From positions 581,859-645,858 of the forward strand of contig CAWCIV010000001.1 of NCBI GenBank assembly GCA_963795805.1: 64,000 nucleotides of DNA, given 5' to 3'. The translations under genes were made by a program, and so were the position numbers. The DNA comes from an uncultured Chloroflexia bacterium (GTDB taxonomy: Bacteria; Chloroflexota; Dormibacteria; CF-121). The notes beneath the pieces were generated by a model. It did not search any database. It saw only the letters and a program-made list of their open reading frames with translations, and was not told where the DNA came from. Position 1 is the first letter of the stretch, and every line of letters starts with the position of its first letter. This document shows, piece by piece, positions 53,033 through 60,995 of the stretch.

Positions 53033-54343
53033 TTACGTATCCAGCCGCTCGATGCCCGAAACGGTGACGCGTCGCAAAAGAAGCGGGCGTGCCGTGGCCG
53101 TCGGTCCGATCGAGAAAGCCCCCGCAACGTCAGCCGTAGCGTTCTCGGCACCCTCTGGCGTCCGCGCGTGGATCGTGGCGAGCGGCTCTCCCGCGCCGAC
53201 CGGGTCGCCGACCTTCTTGTGCAGGACGATGCCGACCGCGAGGTCGATCGGAGCATCCTTTCGATCGCGGCCGGCCCCGAGCGCCTTGCCGGCTAGCGCG
53301 ATGGCCAGGGCGTCGATGGCCGTGACGAATCCGGCCGCCGGGGCCGGGACAGACTGCTGGACGGGAGCCGTCGGGAGGCGCCCCGGATCGTCGATCACGG
53401 CCGCGTCGCCCCATTGCGCAGTGATGAGTTCCGCAAGCTTGCGTAAGGCGCTCCCCTCCTCGAGCAGGCGGCGCAGGTTGACGGCTCTGACCCCGGCAAG
53501 CCGCAGCATCTCAGCTCCGAAGCGAAGCGAAAGCTCCGTGAGATCGGCCGGTCCTCGATTGGCGAGCGTCTCGATCGCCTCCCTGACCTCGAGGGCGTTG
53601 CCGACCGCCTGACCTAGCGGCTGCTCCATGTCGGTCACGTAGGCGACGGTCTCGCGGCCGGCGCCGGCGCCGAGCGCGACCAGGGCACTGGCGAGCGCTT
53701 CGGCCTCGGTCACATTCGGGACGAAGGCGCCGCGACCGCATTTGACGTCGAGCAGAATCGCGTCGGCGCCCGCGGCCAGCTTCTTGCTCATCACGCTGCT
53801 GGCGATCAGCGGCAACGAGTCGACCGTGGCCGTCGCGTCGCGGAGCGCGTAGAAGACCTTGTCGGCGGGCACGATGTCAGCCGTCTGACCGGCGATCGCA
53901 ATGCCGATCCGGCGGACCTGGTCGATGAAGGTGCTGGTGGCGAGGTCGACGTGGAAGCCCGGGATCGACTCCAGTTTGTCGAGCGTGCCGCCGCTGTGGC
54001 CGAGCGCTCGGCCGGACAGTTTGGCCACCGGGATCCCGGCGGCTGCGACCAGGGGCGCGACGACGAGCGTCGCCTTGTCACCGACGCCTCCGGTGGAGTG
54101 TTTGTCGACCTTGCGTCCCGGGATCGAGGAGAGGTCGAGCTGGCGCCCGCTTGCGGCCATCGCCAGCGTCAGTGTCCTGGTCTCCGCATCGGTCATGCCC
54201 TTTAGCCGCACCGCCATTAGCCAGGCGGCGAGCTGGTAATCGGGAATCGATCCGTCGGTTGCACCCCGGACCAGGAAGTCGATCGTCCCCGGGTCGTGCG
54301 CCTGTCCGTCGCGCTTCTCTCTGATGATGTCGAGCGCCGTCAC
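53033..54343 (-). CDS. deoA: thymidine/pyrimidine-nucleoside phosphorylase
   Basis: DKHSTGGVGDKATLVVAPLVAAAG, SGRALGHSGGTLDKLESIPG, LDVKCGRGAF motifs. Confidence 0.85.
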   Translation of the reverse strand: MTALDIIREKRDGQAHDPGTIDFLVRGATDGSIPDYQLAAWLMAVRLKGMTDAETRTLTLAMAASGRQLDLSSIPGRKVDKHSTGGVGDKATLVVAPLVAAAGIPVAKLSGRALGHSGGTLDKLESIPGFHVDLATSTFIDQVRRIGIAIAGQTADIVPADKVFYALRDATATVDSLPLIASSVMSKKLAAGADAILLDVKCGRGAFVPNVTEAEALASALVALGAGAGRETVAYVTDMEQPLGQAVGNALEVREAIETLANRGPADLTELSLRFGAEMLRLAGVRAVNLRRLLEEGSALRKLAELITAQWGDAAVIDDPGRLPTAPVQQSVPAPAAGFVTAIDALAIALAGKALGAGRDRKDAPIDLAVGIVLHKKVGDPVGAGEPLATIHARTPEGAENATADVAGAFSIGPTATARPLLLRRVTVSGIERLDT

Positions 54344-54365
54344 CCGGCAAGTTTAAATAGGCGCG

Positions 54366-54923
54366 ATGGTCCTCAAGCTGATTGGCCTGATCGTGCCCCT
54401 GGGGTTGGACACCTTCGCGGTCGCCGCCGCCCTGGGAATCACTGGGCTCAAGCGGCAGGCCCGGCTCCGCGTCAGCCTGCTCTTCACCGGGTTCGAGATG
54501 GGGATGCCGCTGGTCGGGTTTTTTGGTGGCCGCCTTGCCGGCGAGGTGGCTGGCAATGCCGCGGACTACCTGGCGATCGCGATCCTGGTTGGCCTAGGAC
54601 TCTACATGCTCAAGCCGGGCGACAACGAGGCGGAGGAGCAATGGTTGGGTCTGTTGGCGCAGACGCGAGGCCTGCCGGCGATCATGCTCGGCGTCAGCAT
54701 CAGTCTCGACGAGCTGGCGATTGGCTTTACGCTGGGGCTGCTGCGCCTGCCGGTGTTGCTCGTCATCGTGCTGATCGGGGTGCAGACGTTTACGGTGACC
54801 CAGATCGGCCTCACGCTGGGTTCTCGGATTGGCGAGCGGATTCGCGAAGGCGCTGAGCGCGTAGCCGGGGTTGCGCTGGCCGCCCTGGGCGTCCTGCTTC
54901 TGGTTGAGAAGCTACTTCACTAA
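54366..54923 (+). CDS. mntP: manganese efflux pump MntP (DUF204)
   Basis: two-repeat 6-TM layout; LGLDTFAVAAALG and LDELAIGFTLG repeat motifs. Confidence 0.8.
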   Translation: MVLKLIGLIVPLGLDTFAVAAALGITGLKRQARLRVSLLFTGFEMGMPLVGFFGGRLAGEVAGNAADYLAIAILVGLGLYMLKPGDNEAEEQWLGLLAQTRGLPAIMLGVSISLDELAIGFTLGLLRLPVLLVIVLIGVQTFTVTQIGLTLGSRIGERIREGAERVAGVALAALGVLLLVEKLLH

Positions 54924-56561
54924 GTAGGAGTTGACGCCGGGCGCCGGTGCGAAGCGGTAGTTAAACTGGATGAGCAGCCCCGGACTCCCCGCCACCGGGA
55001 GCGTGGGGCAGCTCGCCGGCGACCATGCCGGGCCCTGTTGATTGCCGAGCACGGACCCGTGGTGGAGGGTGATCGTCGCGCTGATGAACTCGCCGTTGAT
55101 CGCGTACTGCCCGCTCGAGTTGCTGTCGCTGGGCGCCAGGTTGTGGGGGCCCAGCTGGACCCCCTGGAGCTCCATGGCACCGCCGGACATATCGAAGACC
55201 GTCCCCCAGATCTGGAAGCGAGGCGTGTTCGACGCGCTGGCATCGAAGCCCGTGTTCGACCACGCCGTTGCCGCCGTGTTCGTATTGGAGATCAAGAAAG
55301 CGATATGGGTGCTTCCGGTCGGGATGTAGTCTGGCGCGACAAAGAAGACGCTGCCATCGTTCGGCAGCCGCGAGTTGTTGGCGCTGAACACGCTCGATTG
55401 GTCGAGGACGAACTCGACACCGTCTGTGCCGTCCGCTGCGGCTGGCAGGTCGCTGGCACCCTGCCCGCCGACATAGTGCGGAAGCCCGGTCGTCGTGTTG
55501 GAGATGTAGCCGCCGGATACCTGCAGACTCGCGCCGCCGGTGAAGTAATAGACGCCGTTCAAGAACACGTACATGCTGTTGGCAGCGTCGGCACTGGCGT
55601 TGTTTGGAATCTGGACCGTATTCGTGTACTTGCCGGGCTTGTAGACGTAGAAGTCGCGGTTGACGGCGGTGCTATTACGGATGGTCGCGCCAGCGACGAT
55701 CGCCGTCTGGCCCGCATTGAGGTTGTTGATCTTCGTCCGGCCCGGATTGAGGACCGCAATGGAAGCCACATCGGGCAGCGTGTAGTTCGGAATCGGGTCC
55801 ACACCGGTGCCCCAGCCGTTGCCCTGTTCCCAGTACTGGTAAAGCCCGTGGTTATCGCTACCCTGGTTGATCACGATATCGCCGTTGACGTTCAAGCCAT
55901 CCCGGTTCGGGTTGGGGATGTGGAATTTTGCATTGCTCATCGTCAGCCCGTTGCCGCTTCGGCTGCAGGCGTCGGTGCCCTCCTGGCCGTTGTCGATCTG
56001 TGCCCAGCCCGACTGGTCGTCGTTCACCGTGTTACCCGAGCCTCGGCCCGCGGTCGCGAACAGGGCGTAGGTCTTCGCGTTCGTGCCGGCCTCGGCGGTG
56101 GCGGTCGCCTGAATGTTGATCTGATTGAAGCCCAGGATCTGGGCAAATGTCCCGGTGGCTTGGTAGCTGACCGAGACCTGGACTTGCTTGTTGTTGTAGC
56201 CGCTCGGCGCGACGGCAGTGACGATGTATCCCCCGCGGGTGTCGGTCACTGTGTTGGCCGGAGGACTGTTGTAAACGCCAGCCCCTTGACCGTTTGTCGG
56301 CGTCTGACCAAAGACCGAGAAGCTGTCCTGCAAGGCGTGGAAGAGGGCATTGCTTGGAGAACCGTTCGGATTACTCGTTGTCCCAACGAGGTCCTGGGCG
56401 GCGGCCAGCGCGCCGGCGTCAACGGCGTCCTGCATCAGACGCCGCTGGAAGTAGAGGCGGCCGGCGTCGATCGCGAGCGCGAGCATGCCGCAGATGGCGA
56501 CCATCGCCAGCGCCATGATGACGATGGCCTGGCCGGAGCGGCTGCGGCGGAACCTGATCAT
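54912..56561 (-). CDS. TadG-like large Flp-pilus-associated protein (Tad N-terminal membrane domain + long Ser/Thr/Asn/Gly-rich extracellular region)
   Basis: N-terminus RSRSGQAIVIMALAMVAICGMLALAIDAGRLYFQRRLMQDAVDAGALAAAQDL; 549 aa, low-complexity beta-rich C-terminal region. Confidence 0.65.
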   Translation of the reverse strand: MIRFRRSRSGQAIVIMALAMVAICGMLALAIDAGRLYFQRRLMQDAVDAGALAAAQDLVGTTSNPNGSPSNALFHALQDSFSVFGQTPTNGQGAGVYNSPPANTVTDTRGGYIVTAVAPSGYNNKQVQVSVSYQATGTFAQILGFNQINIQATATAEAGTNAKTYALFATAGRGSGNTVNDDQSGWAQIDNGQEGTDACSRSGNGLTMSNAKFHIPNPNRDGLNVNGDIVINQGSDNHGLYQYWEQGNGWGTGVDPIPNYTLPDVASIAVLNPGRTKINNLNAGQTAIVAGATIRNSTAVNRDFYVYKPGKYTNTVQIPNNASADAANSMYVFLNGVYYFTGGASLQVSGGYISNTTTGLPHYVGGQGASDLPAAADGTDGVEFVLDQSSVFSANNSRLPNDGSVFFVAPDYIPTGSTHIAFLISNTNTAATAWSNTGFDASASNTPRFQIWGTVFDMSGGAMELQGVQLGPHNLAPSDSNSSGQYAINGEFISATITLHHGSVLGNQQGPAWSPASCPTLPVAGSPGLLIQFNYRFAPAPGVNSYLVK

Positions 56562-56562
56562 C

Positions 56563-57048
56563 TCAGTACTCCGCCCGCATCGATGATCCAGCGGTCATCA
56601 CGAAGGATGTGCCCACGAGGTTGGAAATCATTCCGGTCATGGGCGCGTAGAGAAAGCTGATGCGGACGGTGACCTGATGGTTGCCGGTGGGCCGGGTGGG
56701 TGAGATCCAGATGTACCCGGTATTCGGCGTGCTTGGTGTTGACGGTGTCGTGCACGGGGTTGGATTCGAAAGGCAGGGGTCTTCGGTCAGGACCATGCCG
56801 CCGCCACCGATCTTCGCGAGCGTGGCATTGATGATGATCGTATCGGGAGGAGTGCTGTTTCGATTGCTTCGGAGGACCAGCTGGCGTGCGCCTTCGTGGG
56901 CGGCCTCGGCGATGTTGATATAGATTGCAATCGCTCGGCCGAAGTCGAAGATGCCCATCACGAGGAGGAACAGCAAGGCCGACAACAGTGCGAACTCCAC
57001 CATTGCCTGACCGCGCGACTTCCGACGTGGCATCGCCTGGCGCATCAT
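56563..57048 (-). CDS. TadE-like pseudopilin-like protein
   Basis: RGQAMVEFALLSALLFLLVMGIFDFGRAIA; ATG at 57046-57048 overlaps stop of upstream TadE (ATGA); longer ORF to 57216 is probably not translated. Confidence 0.6.
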   Translation of the reverse strand: MMRQAMPRRKSRGQAMVEFALLSALLFLLVMGIFDFGRAIAIYINIAEAAHEGARQLVLRSNRNSTPPDTIIINATLAKIGGGGMVLTEDPCLSNPTPCTTPSTPSTPNTGYIWISPTRPTGNHQVTVRISFLYAPMTGMISNLVGTSFVMTAGSSMRAEY

Positions 57049-57566
57049 CAGTAGTTCGTCCTCATCTGGACCGACACGCTCATGTGCACCGGGTTGCCGA
57101 CAAGCTGCTGCATCAGCGGCGTGTACAGCTGGAAGTCGTACTTGACGTTGACCGTGACGTAATAGTTCGTCGTTCCGCTGACCCATTTGTCGACGCGGTT
57201 GCTGCTGTCGGGGCATCCCGTCGTACTGCCCGTTGAGTCATGGGGCGGGCAGATCTTGATAGACGACGGCGTGATGTTGCTGTAGAGGAGTTCGCTGTCC
57301 ACGGCATTGACGATCGCCTCGTCGGTCTCGACCGGACACGTCGCATAGCCGTTGCCACTCGAGCATGCGGGGTCCGCCGGGCCCGTGTAGATGTTGAGGA
57401 TTGCGACCCGAGCGCCCTCGCGCGCGGAGTTGGTCACCGACACCTGGTAGAAGTAGGCCCGGCCGAAATCGACCAGCCCGAAGGTCAGGAAGGTAAGCAG
57501 GGGCAACACCATCGCCATCTCGACAAGGGACTGGCCTAGGCGCCGCTGCAAGGAGTGGGGTTTCAT
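57048..57566 (-). CDS. TadE-like pseudopilin-like protein
   Basis: LGQSLVEMAMVLPLLTFLTFGLVDFGRAYF TadE N-terminal signature; 172 aa. Confidence 0.65.
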   Translation of the reverse strand: MKPHSLQRRLGQSLVEMAMVLPLLTFLTFGLVDFGRAYFYQVSVTNSAREGARVAILNIYTGPADPACSSGNGYATCPVETDEAIVNAVDSELLYSNITPSSIKICPPHDSTGSTTGCPDSSNRVDKWVSGTTNYYVTVNVKYDFQLYTPLMQQLVGNPVHMSVSVQMRTNY

Positions 57567-57754
57567 GGATTCGTTACCTGGTCTTATGGCCCGTCGCCCT
57601 ACTGCAGATAACGCAAACGGTAATGGTCCGCATCGGGGATACCGATCACGGCTTGTTACAGGTTCCGTTACGACTTGTGCCCCAAAAGTCGCGCCCGGAT
57701 GAATACTCCCGGGAAAGTGACAACGAGCGTGCGTTCCGGCACAAATGTTCCGTG

Positions 57755-57783
57755 TTGCGGCTTGATGGGGGTGTGACTACAGT
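57755..57783 (+). promoter_or_regulatory. candidate sigma-A-type promoter TTGCGG-17 nt-TACAGT, placing transcription start at about 57790-57791 (first base of element E1)
   Basis: TTGnnn/TAnnnT hexamers with 17-nt spacer; same geometry upstream of E2. Confidence 0.35.
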
Positions 57784-57790
57784 TACCCCT

Positions 57791-58037
57791 GCGACCTGTC
57801 AGAAAGCCAGTTAGAGAAGGAAACGACTCTAGTGGGTCGCCGGCGAGGGATTCGCAAGGATCCCACTCTCGGACCGCAAGGTTCGGGGGCCTGGCCCGCA
57901 AGGGCTGGGGAATCGGATGTCGCAAGACGACCGGTTCTGCCGGTGACGAAGGTCTGGCCCGCAAGGGTTAGGCTGGGCGGCGGGATGAAGGCTTGCTGGA
58001 TAACACTGGCGAGTTGTAAACCGTAACGACGGGTCGC
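57791..58037 (+). ncRNA. candidate structured small RNA, copy E1 (about 247 nt), unknown family
   Basis: 5' GCGACCUGUC pairs with 3' GACGGGUCGC (10 bp); conserved AGAAAGCCAG; GAAA-capped hairpin UAGAG-AAGGAAACGA-CUCUA; several CCCGCAAGGG-type GNRA hairpins; conserved 3' GGCGAG..GUAAACCGUAAC; followed by U-rich AUUCUUAUUUAUCU; paralogue E2 at 61907. Confidence 0.5.
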
Positions 58038-58045
58038 ATTCTTAT

Positions 58046-58537
58046 TTATCTGGCGGTTCGGGCCACCTCCGGAACGAGGGGCTCCACGGCGCTGTCGCTG
58101 ATGGTGGTCTGGCGTGGCAGCCGGGTCTTGGTGTCGAAGCGGTAGAGCGCATCCGGCAGGCGTAGCGCGCGGCCCAGTGCCTGCTCGCCCTCGACGCCGG
58201 AGCCCGCCGCGTGGAAGATCCGGCCGAAGAGGAAGTAGAGGGCAAAGCTTTCGGTCGGCGCGACCAGCTCGAGCATGCCGGAGGAGCGATAGTCAGCCAG
58301 CGCTCGCATCAGGTCGGGCAGCGGCGAAGCGGCCAGGGTCCCACGAGAGACGTTGATCCGGCTCTCTTCCCGGCGCCGTTGCAGCCGGGCGAACTGGCGG
58401 CGGCGGGCCGCTCCCCGGGCCACCAGCAGGGCCAGGCACAGGAACACGATGCCTCCGGCAATCGGAATCGCGGGGCTGACTCGAGGATCAAGCGCTGTCA
58501 GGGCCGGGCCGATTTGCCGAGTGAGTTCGTCAAGCAT
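58046..58537 (-). CDS. DUF4388-domain protein with N-terminal TM segment
   Basis: LPDLMRALADYRSSGMLELVAPTESFALYFLFGRIFHAAGSGVEGEQALGRAL matches DUF4388 pattern; N-terminal AIPIAGGIVFLCLALLVARG TM. Confidence 0.55.
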   Translation of the reverse strand: MLDELTRQIGPALTALDPRVSPAIPIAGGIVFLCLALLVARGAARRRQFARLQRRREESRINVSRGTLAASPLPDLMRALADYRSSGMLELVAPTESFALYFLFGRIFHAAGSGVEGEQALGRALRLPDALYRFDTKTRLPRQTTISDSAVEPLVPEVARTAR

Positions 58538-58635
58538 CCGGCCATCCTATGCACGCGCCCGCTCGGTTTCCATCAAATCGACTGTCCGGTTTCCTGATCT
58601 CGGGGCTTGCCTGCCAGCGATAGAATCAAGCTCGA

Positions 58636-59561
58636 TGGAGGCGGCAGCCAGCGCCAGGTTCGACTCCCTGCTCAAGCGGGGCGAACTGATCGAATCGGTC
58701 TCCGAGATGACGCCGGATTACCTGCGCGAGCTGAAGCACACCCTGATCGTGTCGGGGGACACGGAGCTGATCTCGGCGCCGGCCTACTACCTGGCGGCCA
58801 AGAAGGCGCCCAGCGTGAACGCCTTTATGACCGGCATCGCCATCATCCAGGACGAGCTGGCCCACGCGCACATCGCCTATCACATTCTCGAGGAGCTGGG
58901 CGAGAGCCAGGAGGCGCTGATCTTCAAGCGGGATCCCAAGGCGTTTCGGTACCCATACGCCTTCGACGTGCCGCTGGAGAGCTGGACGGAGCTCGTCGTC
59001 GCCAATGCGATGTACGACCAGGCGGGCTTTTGCCTCCTCGGGGATATCCACGAACAATGTTCCTACGGGCCCTGGAAGCGGGGGTTGGTTAAAGTCATGG
59101 CCGAGGAGAATTTTCACTTGCGCAATGGGCGCAACTGGTCGAAGCGAATCAGCCAGGCGGGCGGCGCCGCTCGCGAGGAGCTCCAAACCGCCGTCGACTG
59201 GATGTTCCCCTTGACGGTTGAGTGGTTCGGGCTGCCGGACAGCCTGAAGCAGCACAGCGCCCAGCTCGACTATCGATTGAAAGGCCTGACCAACGACCAG
59301 CTCCGCCAGCAATGGTTGTCACTGGTGGTGCCCTTCATGGAGTCGATCGGCGTCAAGGTGCCGGCCCATCTGGACGGCCAGGCTTTCGTGCTCGATTACC
59401 CGTTTCCCTGCACCTTCGATGCCGAAGCGAAGCGATGGGACTTCAACGACCCGTGCAGCTGGGATGCGGTGATGTCTCGCTGGCGCGCCCGTGGCCCACG
59501 CAATACGGAGATGGTCGCGCTCTTCCAGGAGAGCTTCAGCAAATTCCAGGTCCACGCATGA
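58636..59561 (+). CDS. paaA: 1,2-phenylacetyl-CoA epoxidase subunit A-like diiron oxygenase (PaaA-like)
   Basis: SYGPWKRGLVKVMAEENFHLRNG and RLKGLTNDQLRQQWLSLVVPFMESIGVKVP align with E. coli PaaA [23 protein letters not shown] / [30 protein letters not shown]. Confidence 0.8.
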
Positions 59562-59884
59562 CGGCCGCGGCCGGGCCGCTCGAGGCGCGCGTCTGGTCCG
59601 CACTGAGCGAGATCGATGACCCGGAGATGCCGATTAATTTGGTGGACCTCGGCCTCGTCTACGGCATCGAGGTGGGGGAGAGGCGGGTGCGCTTGCGGCT
59701 GACGTTCACCGCGATGGGATGTCCGGCGAGCGACATGATCATGGACGATATTACGGCCCGGCTCCTGCGTGTGCCCGGCATCGACCAGGTGGACATCGAG
59801 ATAGTCTGGGACCCGCCCTGGTCGTCATCCCGGCTGAGTGCCGAGGGCCGCGAGACGCTGCGCGCCTGGGGGCTTGCCGTCTGA
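59558..59884 (+). CDS. DUF59/MIP18-type protein (PaaD N-terminal domain-like, metal-sulfur cluster assembly fold)
   Basis: VWSALSEIDDPEMPINLVDLGLVYGIEV...LTFTAMGCPASDMIMDDI; ATGA overlap with paaA. Confidence 0.65.
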   Translation: MTAAAGPLEARVWSALSEIDDPEMPINLVDLGLVYGIEVGERRVRLRLTFTAMGCPASDMIMDDITARLLRVPGIDQVDIEIVWDPPWSSSRLSAEGRETLRAWGLAV

Positions 59885-60108
59885 TGGAATACACACGGGT
59901 ACATCGCGAGGTGCGCGAGTACGCAGTTTTTGCGCGTAAACTGCGGGTCGAGCCGCTGCGGCAGGTTGGCAGCGTCGTGGCGCCGGACGACGAGCTGGCG
60001 AAAGCCTACGCGCGCGCGACCTATGACGAAGAGCGCTGGGTCGAGATGATGATCGTGCGACGGGACGCGGTCATCAGCCTATGGGCTCCCGGCGAGGACA
60101 CTGACTGA
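59884..60108 (+). CDS. paaB: PaaB-like small subunit of phenylacetyl-CoA epoxidase
   Basis: 74 aa; YAVFARK...PLRQVGSVVAPDDELAKAYARATYDEERWVEMMIV resembles PaaB; ATGA overlap. Confidence 0.6.
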   Translation: MEYTRVHREVREYAVFARKLRVEPLRQVGSVVAPDDELAKAYARATYDEERWVEMMIVRRDAVISLWAPGEDTD

Positions 60109-60806
60109 GTCTTTATTCGCTCGTCAAGAGCCTCGCCGACAACAAGCAGTTGCTCGGAATGCGTTACGCAGAATGGTGCACGGCCGCCCCGAGCCTCGAA
60201 GCCGATATCGCGGCCGCTGCGATGGGCCTGGACGACATCGGCCACAGCCGGGTGCTCTACGGGTCGCTGAAAGAGCTCGGGTCTCCCGAGGCCGGCACTG
60301 ACGATCCGGTCACGTATCACAATGTGCCCTATCTCGATCGGCCCTGGGAGGAATGGGCGCAATTCGTGGCCGCCAACGCCGTCCTGGACGGCGCCTTCTC
60401 CTTGATGATCGAGGCGCTCGCCGTTGGGCAGGTTGAGGTGTTGCGCAGCCGGCTGAAGAAGATGCTGCAAGAGGAGCAGTACCACTACCTGCACGGACGT
60501 AGCTGGATGCGTGAGACGGATGCCGCCGCGCAGGTGCACCAGGCATGGGCCGAGGCGATCGCCTGGATCGGGCCCGAAGGCGGCGATGTCGACCAGCTAC
60601 AGACAGAGGGCAAGCTCGCGATGGGAGTCAGGGACCTGACCCAACGGCTCGAGGCGCGGCTCGAGGCAAAGGCCCCGCCGGTCTCGGTCGACTGGACGGC
60701 ATGGGACCCGATCCGCCGCCGAACGGTCGGCGGCAGCATCGATCAGCAGACGCTTGACATGCTGCAGGGACTCGCTGAGAAGCGCTATATGCCGGCCAGT
60801 GGCTAG
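60108..60806 (+). CDS. paaC: PaaC-like diiron-fold subunit of phenylacetyl-CoA epoxidase; start codon unresolved
   Basis: ferritin-like helices; conserved N-terminal-type sequence LYSLVKSLADNKQLLGMRYAEW lies before the first canonical start (TTG 60150); in-frame region opens right after paaB stop at 60105. Confidence 0.6.
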   Translation, partial: SLYSLVKSLADNKQLLGMRYAEWCTAAPSLEADIAAAAMGLDDIGHSRVLYGSLKELGSPEAGTDDPVTYHNVPYLDRPWEEWAQFVAANAVLDGAFSLMIEALAVGQVEVLRSRLKKMLQEEQYHYLHGRSWMRETDAAAQVHQAWAEAIAWIGPEGGDVDQLQTEGKLAMGVRDLTQRLEARLEAKAPPVSVDWTAWDPIRRRTVGGSIDQQTLDMLQGLAEKRYMPASG

Positions 60807-60849
60807 AGAGACCCCCCACCCTAAACTCCCAGTAACCGAGGGGAGGGAA

Positions 60850-60993
60850 GACGTCACGACTCCGCCGGAGGTCTCCTGTACTTTCTGTCAATCGACGGAC
60901 ACCGAGGTCATTTCGCTGTTCGGGAGCCAGGTGATGACGATGCAATGCCGGTGTCGCAAGTGTGGCAACTACTTCGAGGCGAGCAAGTACTGA
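60850..60993 (+). CDS. small zinc-ribbon protein equivalent to PaaD C-terminal domain; start uncertain
   Basis: VSCTFCQSTDTEVISLFGSQVMTMQCRCRKCGNYFEASKY matches the PaaD C-terminal CxxC...S.FGS..C...C..C..F pattern; GAGGGGAGGGA RBS at 60838-60848; no canonical start within 30 nt. Confidence 0.4.
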   Translation, partial: DVTTPPEVSCTFCQSTDTEVISLFGSQVMTMQCRCRKCGNYFEASKY

Positions 60994-60995
60994 CC

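Noticed and set aside
56563-57216. Full 217-aa ORF for the second TadE-like gene
   Set aside because: The N-terminal 56 residues are Arg/Gln-rich nonsense overlapping the upstream TadE gene; translation most likely starts at the ATG overlapping that gene's stop (57046-57048).
57832-58026. 64-aa ORF, and the 13-codon mini-ORF MKACWITLASCKP, inside E1
   Set aside because: Not conserved in E2; E1/E2 differences show no codon periodicity.
57791-58037. E1/E2 as c-di-GMP-I (GEMM), cobalamin, ZTP or guanidine riboswitches, or 6S/RNase P/tmRNA/Y RNA
   Set aside because: Only superficial matches (AGAAAGCC versus GEMM CGCAAAGCC; GNRA hairpins). The order of elements, core consensus nucleotides and size do not fit any of these from memory. 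Both copies have their own promoter and U-tail, not a leader position. No rsr, smpB or ygfA context.
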